35,599 nucleotides of DNA from a virus (IMGVR_UViG_3300022670_000305:1-35599); one strand, 5' to 3'; counted from the stretch's first letter, positions 6,842 through 14,569 are shown. Numbers and translations: made by a program. The notes: generated by a model not told the origin, from the letters alone.

Positions 6842-6905
6842 AAATTAAATATAGGTCCAAGGGTTACCAAGTAACCGGGTCTAAGTGATAACTATAATTA
6901 AATTT
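6842..6905 (+). ncRNA. Structured RNA unit 5
   Basis: AT-rich outer stem (TATAG/CTATA) around GGTTAC-CAA-GTAACC. Confidence 0.4.
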
Positions 6906-6930
6906 CAACAACCAAACGGATTAAATAAAT

Positions 6931-7299
6931 ATGAAGCCAACAAAAGAAGAGAGAGCGAAAAAGATAAAAGAAAAGGGAGACGCTTACTATTCATTAAGAA
7001 ATAAGCTTGATGATATTCGTTGGCAACTAAAGAGTATAAATGATAGCAAGAAGCGTACACATGCGTTCAAGCTGCTTTATATCGCAATAGACTTGTCACT
7101 TGAACAAATCAGAAAAGACCATGATAGGTATGTAAGGCGAATTCGCAGAGCTGACAGCAACGAAGATGTAAAATTTATTCAAAAAGCGCTTAATCGTGAA
7201 AAGGCAAAAAACGCGAAGTTAGAAAATAAAATTGAAGAGGCTAAAACATCTAGCGGATTATTTATTGATTTTGTACGTGAAAAGATAGGTATGAAGTAA
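6931..7299 (+). CDS. Basic coiled-coil hypothetical protein
   Basis: ORF track. Confidence 0.75.
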   Translation: MKPTKEERAKKIKEKGDAYYSLRNKLDDIRWQLKSINDSKKRTHAFKLLYIAIDLSLEQIRKDHDRYVRRIRRADSNEDVKFIQKALNREKAKNAKLENKIEEAKTSSGLFIDFVREKIGMK

Positions 7300-7352
7300 C
7301 CGTGCCTAAGTGACAGCTTACTTTAAATTTAAATAACTAGAGAGTAAATAAA

Positions 7353-7553
7353 ATGTTTTGTAAACATGAATGGAAAGTTCTTAGTGAGACAACAACACAA
7401 AGCAAGTTTGAGTGCGCTTTAGGTGCTGTAAATGGTATTGCAGATGGTAAAATTGACATTCCTTCTCAAATGGCCTGCGCAGTCAGGAAATATATACAAA
7501 TAGTTTCTTGTGACAAATGCGGCAAATTAAAAAGATTTGTAGAAGATATTTAA
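7353..7553 (+). CDS. Small Zn-ribbon-like protein
   Basis: MFCKHEW...CDKCGK. Confidence 0.75.
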   Translation: MFCKHEWKVLSETTTQSKFECALGAVNGIADGKIDIPSQMACAVRKYIQIVSCDKCGKLKRFVEDI

Positions 7554-7585
7554 CCAACTAACAACGACAAGGATATAAAAGATGA
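7550..7585 (+). repeat. 36-bp exact direct repeat, copy 2
   Basis: Identical to 5824-5859. Confidence 0.95.
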
Positions 7586-7851
7586 AAGATGAAATTTGCA
7601 GGTGCGGAAGAAATAAACTACCGTTTGATGTTACATGCGATGATTGCCATTACTTTGATTTTGTAATACCTGCAAACTGCAAAGTTTTAGTTTTAGAGGC
7701 GTTAATTACTCTCGGCTATAAATATCAATGCAGATTTGATAAAAACGAATTCGTTCGAGACGGAAGTTGTGATCGTTATGTAGTCAGAATCACAGCGAAT
7801 CGAAAAGATGTAAGTGCGTTAACAGATTTACTGAACGATGTAATTAAATAA
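7582..7851 (+). CDS. Hypothetical protein with N-terminal CxC...CxxC
   Basis: ORF track; RBS inside the repeat. Confidence 0.7.
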   Translation: MKDEICRCGRNKLPFDVTCDDCHYFDFVIPANCKVLVLEALITLGYKYQCRFDKNEFVRDGSCDRYVVRITANRKDVSALTDLLNDVIK

Positions 7852-7879
7852 CTTTTATATACGCTATGGAGATAAGTAA

Positions 7880-8065
7880 ATGAGTAAATTAAAATCATGC
7901 CCTTTTTGCGGAAATAAAGCTGAATTACGCAGTGATAGTGATGAAATAACCATGGATGGGAAGTTGCCATTTTGGGTTTGCTGTACTCATTGTATGGGGT
8001 CTGCTGGTAGTCATTACGAAGAGTCTCAAGCTATTGAGTCGTGGAATGACAGGATTCAATTTTAA
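7880..8065 (+). CDS. Lar-family restriction alleviation protein
   Basis: LKSCPFCG...VCCTHC...AIESWN signature. Confidence 0.8.
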   Translation: MSKLKSCPFCGNKAELRSDSDEITMDGKLPFWVCCTHCMGSAGSHYEESQAIESWNDRIQF

Positions 8066-8202
8066 ATAGTCGAAGGTATGCAGTTAATTAAAGAAGAAGC
8101 TATAAGTTATTTACATGATCAGTGGACTAGTGCATATAAAGAATTTTACGAAAAACTGTAATTAATTTAACATCTATAACAAACTAAATAATGGTTAAGA
8201 AT

Positions 8203-8366
8203 ATGACTGCGATTAAAATGATTATAATTTTTATCACATGGATTATTGTATTTCCATTAATAGGGATTTTTTAGAAAAAATAGGGGTTGAAAGTAATGCT
8301 TATTTTGCGCTTTACGGGGTGTTATTTGCAGGCGCATCAAATGAAATAAACTCAAGAATTAAATAA
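8203..8366 (+). pseudogene. Small membrane protein interrupted at a T6 run
   Basis: One extra T at 8267-8272 would give a 54-aa ORF with two hydrophobic segments. Confidence 0.45.
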
Positions 8367-8383
8367 ACAAAGGTAGAATAGAG

Positions 8384-8599
8384 ATGATTTTAGCTATAAC
8401 AATTTATGTATTATTAGGTATTGCGCTATGTTATTACAATATACACATGGAATATAAAATAAATAGATTTTTTTACACTGTAAAGTTTGACGTATTTAAA
8501 GTAAGACCGTGCACATACTTTATGTTTGGGTTGTTGTGGCCGCTAGCTATTGATTTTTTAACGACTATAAAAGACTACACGCCAAAAGACGACGTTTAA
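8384..8599 (+). CDS. Small membrane protein
   Basis: Two hydrophobic segments; LLWPL motif. Confidence 0.7.
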   Translation: MILAITIYVLLGIALCYYNIHMEYKINRFFYTVKFDVFKVRPCTYFMFGLLWPLAIDFLTTIKDYTPKDDV

Positions 8600-8625
8600 C
8601 ATCACATATAACAGGAGATAACGAA

Positions 8626-8814
8626 ATGAAAATAAAAATACATATGAAAAGCGGTAAAACATTGGTTGAAAGTTACGTTAAGGATTTTACTGTTAAATAT
8701 AACAATAATGAAATAACAGGCCTTAATATTGATCTTTTTTGGTACGCAAGAAACAGGACGATATTTATGGCGGCATTAGACTTAGGTAATATTGAAGCAA
8801 TAACAATGCATTAA
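8626..8814 (+). CDS. Hypothetical protein
   Basis: MKIKIHMKSG...LGNIEAI; AGGAG RBS. Confidence 0.75.
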   Translation: MKIKIHMKSGKTLVESYVKDFTVKYNNNEITGLNIDLFWYARNRTIFMAALDLGNIEAITMH

Positions 8815-8846
8815 ACACTATATAGACCAAGAGGAAATACAAGCAT

Positions 8847-8877
8847 AAAAAAGCCGCAATCAATGCGGCATTCTTTT
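8847..8877. terminator. Bidirectional intrinsic terminator between convergent operons
   Basis: A6-GCCGCA-N5-TGCGGC-ATTCTTTT. Confidence 0.75.
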
Positions 8878-8889
8878 ATCTGGCAACAA

Positions 8890-9075
8890 CTAGCACTCTA
8901 AAGATTCAATACAAGCTGCACTACCTTGTTCGCATAAAGCTTTAGTTGATTTAGTTAACGCTTGCCACTCCCAAATAAAATATTTTTCATCATATTCAGA
9001 GCATTTAATATTCTGACAGCTAATCAAGCCGGCTTCAACAGGTAAAGAATTACATACATGGCATTTATTGATCAT
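8890..9075 (-). CDS. Small Cys-rich hypothetical protein
   Basis: CHVC...CQNIKC. Confidence 0.65.
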   Translation of the reverse strand: MINKCHVCNSLPVEAGLISCQNIKCSEYDEKYFIWEWQALTKSTKALCEQGSAACIESLEC

Positions 9076-9623
9076 TATGAATCACTCCCTGTAAATGATA
9101 CGCAGTTAATTTTACCGTTAAATATCGCGTTAAAGTTTTTTTCAGCACGTTCACGTGTTTGTGTTTGGTCGCCGTAAAACATTAAATTATCAATAGCCTT
9201 TTCTTTATCGCTACGGGTATCTATCGGTTTAATATCTGAAATATGGACTAACCTACTAATGGCTTTCGTTTTTGATTTGATCCATATTTGATTTTCATAA
9301 GTAAAAATAACCTCAAACAAATCATTAGAAAATTCAATCATCGCCCTTGCACTTGGTAACTCACCAGCATCACTCATCGCTTGAGTATAAACAGCCTTAC
9401 TATCTTGTTTCATATTCCCCCAGCCTTTATTGTTTAAGCAGTCTTCTACTTGTTGGTGGAAATCTCTAATCGTGCATATTATTTCAGGATGCCCATTTGA
9501 TACCACTAAACGATTATTATTGCTGCAAAGATTAATGTACATAGCCCCATGAAAGCTACCATAAATATTATTAAGATCACCTTTAAGCTCATTAACAACA
9601 TCAAGTACTGTTTTAGCTTTCAT
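9075..9623 (-). CDS. Hypothetical phage protein
   Basis: ORF track; coupled to both neighbours. Confidence 0.75.
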   Translation of the reverse strand: MKAKTVLDVVNELKGDLNNIYGSFHGAMYINLCSNNNRLVVSNGHPEIICTIRDFHQQVEDCLNNKGWGNMKQDSKAVYTQAMSDAGELPSARAMIEFSNDLFEVIFTYENQIWIKSKTKAISRLVHISDIKPIDTRSDKEKAIDNLMFYGDQTQTRERAEKNFNAIFNGKINCVSFTGSDS

Positions 9624-9918
9624 TGGATAGCTCCTTTAATAAAGCATCAGCATAATGAGTTCGCCACGCAAAGTATAAAGCTTGCTCGCCTTTAGGTGTA
9701 AAGCCGCAGTCAGCAACCGAAAAATCAGTACCTTCACGGTGCCATATAAAATCAGGATTATTTTCTTTTTCAGAAAATATAACATTAAACCAGCGAGGTA
9801 TATTGTCAGGTGCTTGTGCAGAAAAAACTTCACGTTTCGTTAATCCGCTATGAAAGTTTATTCCGTCATTAGTTTCTAGTACTGGGTATGCACATTCGTT
9901 TCCATTTTTATCACTCAT
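9613..9918 (-). CDS. Conserved phage hypothetical protein
   Basis: AYP...GLTKREVF...YADALL pattern. Confidence 0.8.
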   Translation of the reverse strand: MSDKNGNECAYPVLETNDGINFHSGLTKREVFSAQAPDNIPRWFNVIFSEKENNPDFIWHREGTDFSVADCGFTPKGEQALYFAWRTHYADALLKELSNES

Positions 9919-9978
9919 AATACTATCCTTAAATTAAATACATTAAACCATCTGTAATGCTTTCCACACATAGCTATT

Positions 9979-10473
9979 TTATTTTATTTTACACGTCAAC
10001 ACTAGGCCGAGAGAATCAAGTACCTGATCAACGTCTTTAAGCTTTGAATCCTTGCTGCCAATCCATACCCGACGCGTTCTTTCGTATGTTAAGCCGCACT
10101 TTTCAGCCATAGCCATAACGCCATTAATATTATTATCAATCGCCGCCTTTTGTACTATTGTTGCCAGTTCCTCACTTTCACTATCAATAAACGCAATCTG
10201 CTTTTTGAAATCAGGATTATCCTTTTTATTGTATTTCGGCTTAAGCGTACGTATTTTTTGTGACTCTATAACGTTAACTTCTGACTCTAAACACTCTATT
10301 AGGGTCACATTGTTGAAATTCTTATCTTTTAAGTGCGATTGAATTCTTGATTTTATGTTTCCTGACTTACCAACGTAAACAACAAGCCCAGAATCCCATA
10401 ACATATAAACGTACATCAAGTCTAAATCACAATTAATTGGCAAAAGGCTTATCGCTTCTTTTGAACGACTCAT
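9979..10473 (-). CDS. GIY-YIG nuclease domain fused to a C-terminal Cro-like HTH
   Basis: YVYML...VYVGKSGNIKSRIQSH...E...I..LKPKYN; C-terminus resembles the adjacent HTH gene. Confidence 0.8.
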   Translation of the reverse strand: MSRSKEAISLLPINCDLDLMYVYMLWDSGLVVYVGKSGNIKSRIQSHLKDKNFNNVTLIECLESEVNVIESQKIRTLKPKYNKKDNPDFKKQIAFIDSESEELATIVQKAAIDNNINGVMAMAEKCGLTYERTRRVWIGSKDSKLKDVDQVLDSLGLVLTCKIK

Positions 10474-10474
10474 T

Positions 10475-10678
10475 TTATTTCTCTCCTTTATCTATGAATT
10501 TAATTTTTAAATCTAAAGCTTCAAGCATTGCTTTCAAATCAACCAGCTTAATGCTTTCGTCACCATTCAAAAAGCCACTAACCTTGTAATAGGTTATGTC
10601 TGCTTTATCGACTAATTCCTTTATGGTGTCTATGTTGTTATTAATCATTGCTGTTTTAACTATTTTCGTTAAACTCAT
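10475..10678 (-). CDS. Cro/XRE-like HTH regulator
   Basis: IKELVDKADITYYKVSGFLNG...KLVDL; first gene after a divergent promoter region; alternative start 10696. Confidence 0.75.
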   Translation of the reverse strand: MSLTKIVKTAMINNNIDTIKELVDKADITYYKVSGFLNGDESIKLVDLKAMLEALDLKIKFIDKGEK

Positions 10679-10745
10679 GTCTTGGCCTTTCTTCATTTAA
10701 GTTGCACTAATAGTAAGTTAAATAAAGTAACCATGCAAGTTATTT

Positions 10746-10761
10746 AAGTTGATATCAACTT
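10746..10761. promoter_or_regulatory. Perfect 16-bp palindromic operator in the divergent intergenic region
   Basis: AAGTTGATATCAACTT; extra AAGTT half-sites nearby. Confidence 0.65.
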
Positions 10762-10845
10762 TATTTGATGAATAGCTTGCAATGAACAATCAGTGTGCTA
10801 GTATTTACCTCATCAAACGAAACAACAAATAAAGGATATACAGAA

Positions 10846-11172
10846 ATGAAACAAGAAATGCTTTTGAAATTAATAGAGTTACTAGTTGCATATGATGACA
10901 AGACAACATCATCATTATCAGGAACAGCACAAAAAGGCCGTTATATAGTGCTTGGTAATAGAGGTAATGTCGTTGTAGGTGATTTATTTATAACAGGATC
11001 TACTGGTCTTTTAAAGAATGCTAGCGTAATTCGCAGATGGGGAACAACAGGTGGGCTTGGAGAGTTAGCTTTAAAAGGTGCTACAGATAATACAAAATTA
11101 GATCCATGCGGAGAGTTTGAGTTTGAATTACTTACCACGTGCGGGATGATTCCAGTTACAAGTAGTCTGTAA
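10846..11172 (+). CDS. Conserved phage hypothetical protein (DUF6948-like), partner of the Gly-rich protein
   Basis: RGNVVVG...NASVIRRWGTTGGLGELA.KG....TKLD; AAGGA RBS at ATG 10846. Confidence 0.75.
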   Translation: MKQEMLLKLIELLVAYDDKTTSSLSGTAQKGRYIVLGNRGNVVVGDLFITGSTGLLKNASVIRRWGTTGGLGELALKGATDNTKLDPCGEFEFELLTTCGMIPVTSSL

Positions 11173-11468
11173 TGGAAAAGGAAAGCCGATTTAATATCGG
11201 CGACGGCGACGGCAACGGCAACGGCGACGGCTACGGCTACGGCGACGGCAACGGCAACGGCGACGGCTACGGCTACGGCGACGGCTACGGCTACGGCGAC
11301 GGCTACGGCTACGGCAACGGCGACGGCTACGGCTACGGCAACGGCGACGGCAACGGCAACGGCTACGGCGACGGCTACGGCTACGGCAACGGCCACGGCT
11401 ACGGCTACGGCAACGGCAACGGCCACGGCGACGGCAACGGCGACGGCAACGGCGACGGCAACGGCTAA
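11172..11468 (+). CDS. Gly-X (X=D/N/Y/H) repeat protein
   Basis: TAATG coupling to the upstream gene; 44 GX dipeptides. Confidence 0.8.
   Translation: MEKESRFNIGDGDGNGNGDGYGYGDGNGNGDGYGYGDGYGYGDGYGYGNGDGYGYGNGDGNGNGYGDGYGYGNGHGYGYGNGNGHGDGNGDGNGDGNG
11199..11465 (+). repeat. Tandem hexamer array GGC-NAC x44
   Basis: Directly visible; only position 4 of the hexamer varies. Confidence 0.97.
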
Positions 11469-11552
11469 AAACATACGCAATTAACTTAGCGAGTAACCGC
11501 ATAACCAACAAAGGAGAATAATATGAAACGACATCATAACTATGCAACTAAA

Positions 11553-11725
11553 CTATAAAATTAATAAATCGCCGGTCCGTGTATTGGTGTAATCATTGAT
11601 ACACCCATTAATCCCATTAAGTTGGGTTTTCTGGTGCAAGGAGTTAAGCAAGGTGCCAGTACCTATCCCGCCAACTTCTTTGAACAAAATGGCTAAGCTG
11701 AATAACTGGCAACTAATTTTAATAG
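11553..11725 (+). ncRNA. Structured RNA unit A
   Basis: Closing stems AAAATTA/TAATTTT and GCCGGT/ACTGGC; inner GGTGTA/TACACC, CCCA/TGGG, AAGGAGTT/AACTTCTT. Confidence 0.55.
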
Positions 11726-11951
11726 TCTTTATATATGAGTGAGCTAGCGGCGCTGAAAGTAGAAGCGCTAATCAGGTGAGCGAGAACTCGGATAGCACAG
11801 TTGGTATGCGGCAGTGGATAATACCCATATATCTCTGGTTCGAATCCAGATCGAGGTTACGAAAGTGATGAAGTAAAACGAGGCGTTATTGCACGCCTAT
11901 TGCCACCATAGCAGGATTAACGCCCTGCCTAGCTCATTCACTATATAAAGA
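11726..11951 (+). ncRNA. Structured RNA unit B containing a degenerate tRNA-like domain (11786-11857)
   Basis: About 22-bp closing stem TCTTTATATA-TGAGTGAGCTAG/CTAGCTCATTCA-C-TATATAAAGA; T arm TCTGG-TTCGAAT-CCAGA; D arm GCA-CAGTTGGTA-TGC; four more hairpins. Confidence 0.75.
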
Positions 11952-11972
11952 TTAAACAAAAAGGAATGTAAA

Positions 11973-12143
11973 ATGAAAAGCTTTGATGAGATTGTTAGCG
12001 ATCATTTAAAAATAATAACAACAGGCAAACAGCAGCAGCTTGAAATGCTGCTCAAAGAAATAATCACGTATAAATACGAAACCTTTAGCCAGCTTAAAGG
12101 TGCTATTGAAAATCATCTTGACTTGATAAAGTCTAAAAAATAA
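11973..12143 (+). CDS. Hypothetical protein, 56 aa
   Basis: Manual translation MKSFDEIVSDHLK...; AAGGA RBS. Confidence 0.65.
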   Translation: MKSFDEIVSDHLKIITTGKQQQLEMLLKEIITYKYETFSQLKGAIENHLDLIKSKK

Positions 12144-12162
12144 TTTAAGTGGAGTGATATAA

Positions 12163-12309
12163 ATGAGTGATAACAAACCTCATCAAGAATGCTTAGGATG
12201 CTGCCATATTTTTACTGGTGACGATATTTCAGAAGATGGATATTGTGATAGCTGTCAGTACGAATACGAAGCTAAACAGGATGCAAAGACAGATAATGAC
12301 GGACTTTAA
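12163..12309 (+). CDS. Small CxxC-CxxC protein, 48 aa
   Basis: MSDNKPHQECLGCC...YCDSCQ; GGAG RBS. Confidence 0.6.
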   Translation: MSDNKPHQECLGCCHIFTGDDISEDGYCDSCQYEYEAKQDAKTDNDGL

Positions 12310-12835
12310 AAAGCTATCAGCTCCATTACAGGCTGAAGAGATAGATTTCCGTATTCAATCTATCAACAAGGGTGGATATGCAACTATATTAGCCTACAAG
12401 GACGCTAGGGTTGATATTAATCGACTTAACGAGTTTTGCGGTCAACTTGGGTGGGAAAGAAAACATAACAACGGCAATCATAACTGCATTGTTTCTATAT
12501 GGGATAACGAAAATAAGCACTGGGTATCTAAGGAGGATACGGGCACAGAATCAAATACGGAAGCGGCAAAGGGTTTGGCTAGCGATTCATTTAAACGAGC
12601 TTGTTTTAACTGGGGTATAGGTATTGAGCTTTACGACTACCCCGTCATATCAGTTTTATTAAATAAAGATGAAGTAAATATGACAGGACAGCGCCCGAAA
12701 CAAACTTGGAAGTTAAAGTTAAAAGAATGGGTTTGGACGACACAGTTTGAAGATGGCAAGCTATCGTTTATCGGTGCTTACGATCAAAATGGCAATTTAA
12801 GATTTCAACATGGTAATTATAAGGAAGCAGCTTAA
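12296..12835 (+). CDS. sak: Rad52/Sak-like single-strand annealing protein
   Basis: LAYKDAR...RLNE..G..GW...KEDTGTES...KGLASDSFKRACFNWGIGIELYD. Confidence 0.9.
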   Translation: MTDFKKLSAPLQAEEIDFRIQSINKGGYATILAYKDARVDINRLNEFCGQLGWERKHNNGNHNCIVSIWDNENKHWVSKEDTGTESNTEAAKGLASDSFKRACFNWGIGIELYDYPVISVLLNKDEVNMTGQRPKQTWKLKLKEWVWTTQFEDGKLSFIGAYDQNGNLRFQHGNYKEAA

Positions 12836-13323
12836 TGAATTTAAGAGAACTAACAAGTGACCAAGAATCAATCCTTGCTCAAGTTGAAAGCGGTGATTTT
12901 AAATTAGATGATGTAAGTGATCATTTGAATTGGTTAGAAGAAGATCGCAATAAGAAAATTGAAAGTTATTTACATGTAATTAACCGCCTCACATCAGAAT
13001 GTGAAACTATATGTTCAGAAATAAACAGACTTGGAGAAATAGGATTATCAAAAAAGAAATCACTAGATAATATTAAGTCATGGCTATTAATGAGCATGAA
13101 AGATGGTGAAAAACACGACTTTGATTTATTTAAAGTAAGTAGAGTCAAAGGACGTCAAGTTGTAAATGTTATCGATGATAAAAAGGTTCCTATGAAATTT
13201 CAGGAATGCAAGCCTGAAACATGGCATGTAAATAAAAGAGAATTACTTGCTGAAATGAAAAAAGGCACAAAGATTGATGGCGCTGAATTATCAGTTGGCA
13301 ATTCAAGTTTACGTATTAAGTAA
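12835..13323 (+). CDS. Siphovirus Gp157 family protein
   Basis: Coiled coil followed by K..L...K.G..I.GAEL.....LRIK C-terminus; follows the annealing protein. Confidence 0.85.
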   Translation: MNLRELTSDQESILAQVESGDFKLDDVSDHLNWLEEDRNKKIESYLHVINRLTSECETICSEINRLGEIGLSKKKSLDNIKSWLLMSMKDGEKHDFDLFKVSRVKGRQVVNVIDDKKVPMKFQECKPETWHVNKRELLAEMKKGTKIDGAELSVGNSSLRIK

Positions 13324-13345
13324 CTTTTAAATAAAGGATGTTAAA

Positions 13346-13861
13346 ATGAAAGTAATGTTAGATTTAGAAACTATGGGCAATAATTCAAACTCAGCAATAA
13401 TTGCAATAGGTGCAGTTGCCTTTGACGACAAACAAGTGACAAGCAAGTTTTACACTGAAATTAATTTACAAAGCGCAATTGATAACGGCGGCGTGGTAAA
13501 TGGCTCAACGATTACGTGGTGGTTAAAGCAAAGCGATAGCGCAAGAAATGCCTTTGAAAATAACGACAAAGCACCTCATATCATGGTCGCACTTGGTAGT
13601 TTTTCAGAGTGGTACAAGGAGGTTAACGGCGGCGAAGTTTGGGGTAATGGCGCTATGTTTGATAATACTATTCTTGGTAACGCTTATAAAAAGAACAGCT
13701 TAGTGCAGCCGTGGAAATTTTGGGATGATAAGTGCTACCGAACAATTAAAGGCATGTATAAAGACATTAAGATTGAACGTGTCGGCGTTTACCATAATGC
13801 TGTCGATGATGCAGAAAGCCAAGCACTACACTTAATTAAACTATTAACTATTAACTATTAA
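13346..13861 (+). CDS. DEDDh 3'-5' exonuclease
   Basis: MLDLETMG, WGNGAMFD, HNAVDDA motifs. Confidence 0.9.
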   Translation: MKVMLDLETMGNNSNSAIIAIGAVAFDDKQVTSKFYTEINLQSAIDNGGVVNGSTITWWLKQSDSARNAFENNDKAPHIMVALGSFSEWYKEVNGGEVWGNGAMFDNTILGNAYKKNSLVQPWKFWDDKCYRTIKGMYKDIKIERVGVYHNAVDDAESQALHLIKLLTINY

Positions 13862-13891
13862 CTATTAAATAAACAAAGAGAGGGTATAAAG

Positions 13892-14110
13892 ATGAGCGAG
13901 TACTTATCACCTAATGTAATCAAGAATAGAATCAATCGCGGCAAAGCTAAAATTGTTGATGATGAATTAGAGGTTGAGTGCTCAAAGTGTCATGAATTTT
14001 TTCCACATACTCGTGAGTTTTATTATGGCGCAGGTCATCACGGATTATCACCAAGTTGTAGAGCGTGTGATATTGAACATAGAGAAAATAGAAAATCAAA
14101 CAAGCAGTAA
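13892..14110 (+). CDS. Small Zn-finger protein
   Basis: CSKC...EFY...CRAC. Confidence 0.75.
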   Translation: MSEYLSPNVIKNRINRGKAKIVDDELEVECSKCHEFFPHTREFYYGAGHHGLSPSCRACDIEHRENRKSNKQ

Positions 14111-14118
14111 ATAAAACA

Positions 14119-14151
14119 CGTCCTTTAAGTAAATAGCTTTCTTAAAGGACG
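14119..14151. terminator. 11-bp perfect inverted repeat (terminator or processing stem)
   Basis: CGTCCTTTAAG-N11-CTTAAAGGACG; no T-tail. Confidence 0.45.
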
Positions 14152-14170
14152 AATTAAATCAAAACAACCC

Positions 14171-14198
14171 TTGCATGTGACGCGTCACGATGTATAAT
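14171..14198 (+). promoter_or_regulatory. Promoter with palindromic operator in the spacer
   Basis: TTGCAT-N16-TATAAT with GTGACGCGTCAC at 14177-14188. Confidence 0.75.
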
Positions 14199-14222
14199 AG
14201 ATTTAAGAGTTAGGGAGAAGCC

Positions 14223-14510
14223 TTGGCCAATGGAGATAAAATTATGAAAGTATCACAGGTATCAATAGTTAAGAATTTATTAGGTAAAGAGGCTATTGTT
14301 GCTGCAATTAACGAAATGTTTAACGATAAGTTCTCTGCTCAATGTATTTATGATTTGGTTGTTACTGGCTCTATAGGTGTAAGTATTGAAGTTGATAATG
14401 GTATTAAATACACAAGAACAACAACCCATTACTTTATCACGTCGGAATTGTGCGGCGGGTTTAATCGCATAGAATACTGCTCAAAATCAAAAACAGTTTG
14501 GAGTATGTAA
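14223..14510 (+). CDS. Hypothetical protein; likely start at MKVSQ
   Basis: ORF track; GGAG RBS before the internal ATG. Confidence 0.65.
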   Translation: MANGDKIMKVSQVSIVKNLLGKEAIVAAINEMFNDKFSAQCIYDLVVTGSIGVSIEVDNGIKYTRTTTHYFITSELCGGFNRIEYCSKSKTVWSM

Positions 14511-14569
14511 TTAATTTACACCCTGCACTTTACGGAGTGCATGAGTAAGTTAATTAAAAAGGTTAATAC

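Noticed and set aside
11199-11465. Diversity-generating retroelement (AAC to NAC variation)
   Set aside because: Only the first A varies, and no template/variable repeat pair or reverse transcriptase is present in the window.
10941-11547. Poly-VA and Arg-rich minus-strand ORFs
   Set aside because: Antisense shadows of the GGC-NAC array.
11856-11900. Hammerhead ribozyme (TGATGA and GAAA nearby)
   Set aside because: No CTGATGA, and motif order and helices do not fit the core.
13841-13868. (CTATTAA)x4 at the end of the exonuclease gene
   Set aside because: Real but short and AT-rich; most simply replication slippage.
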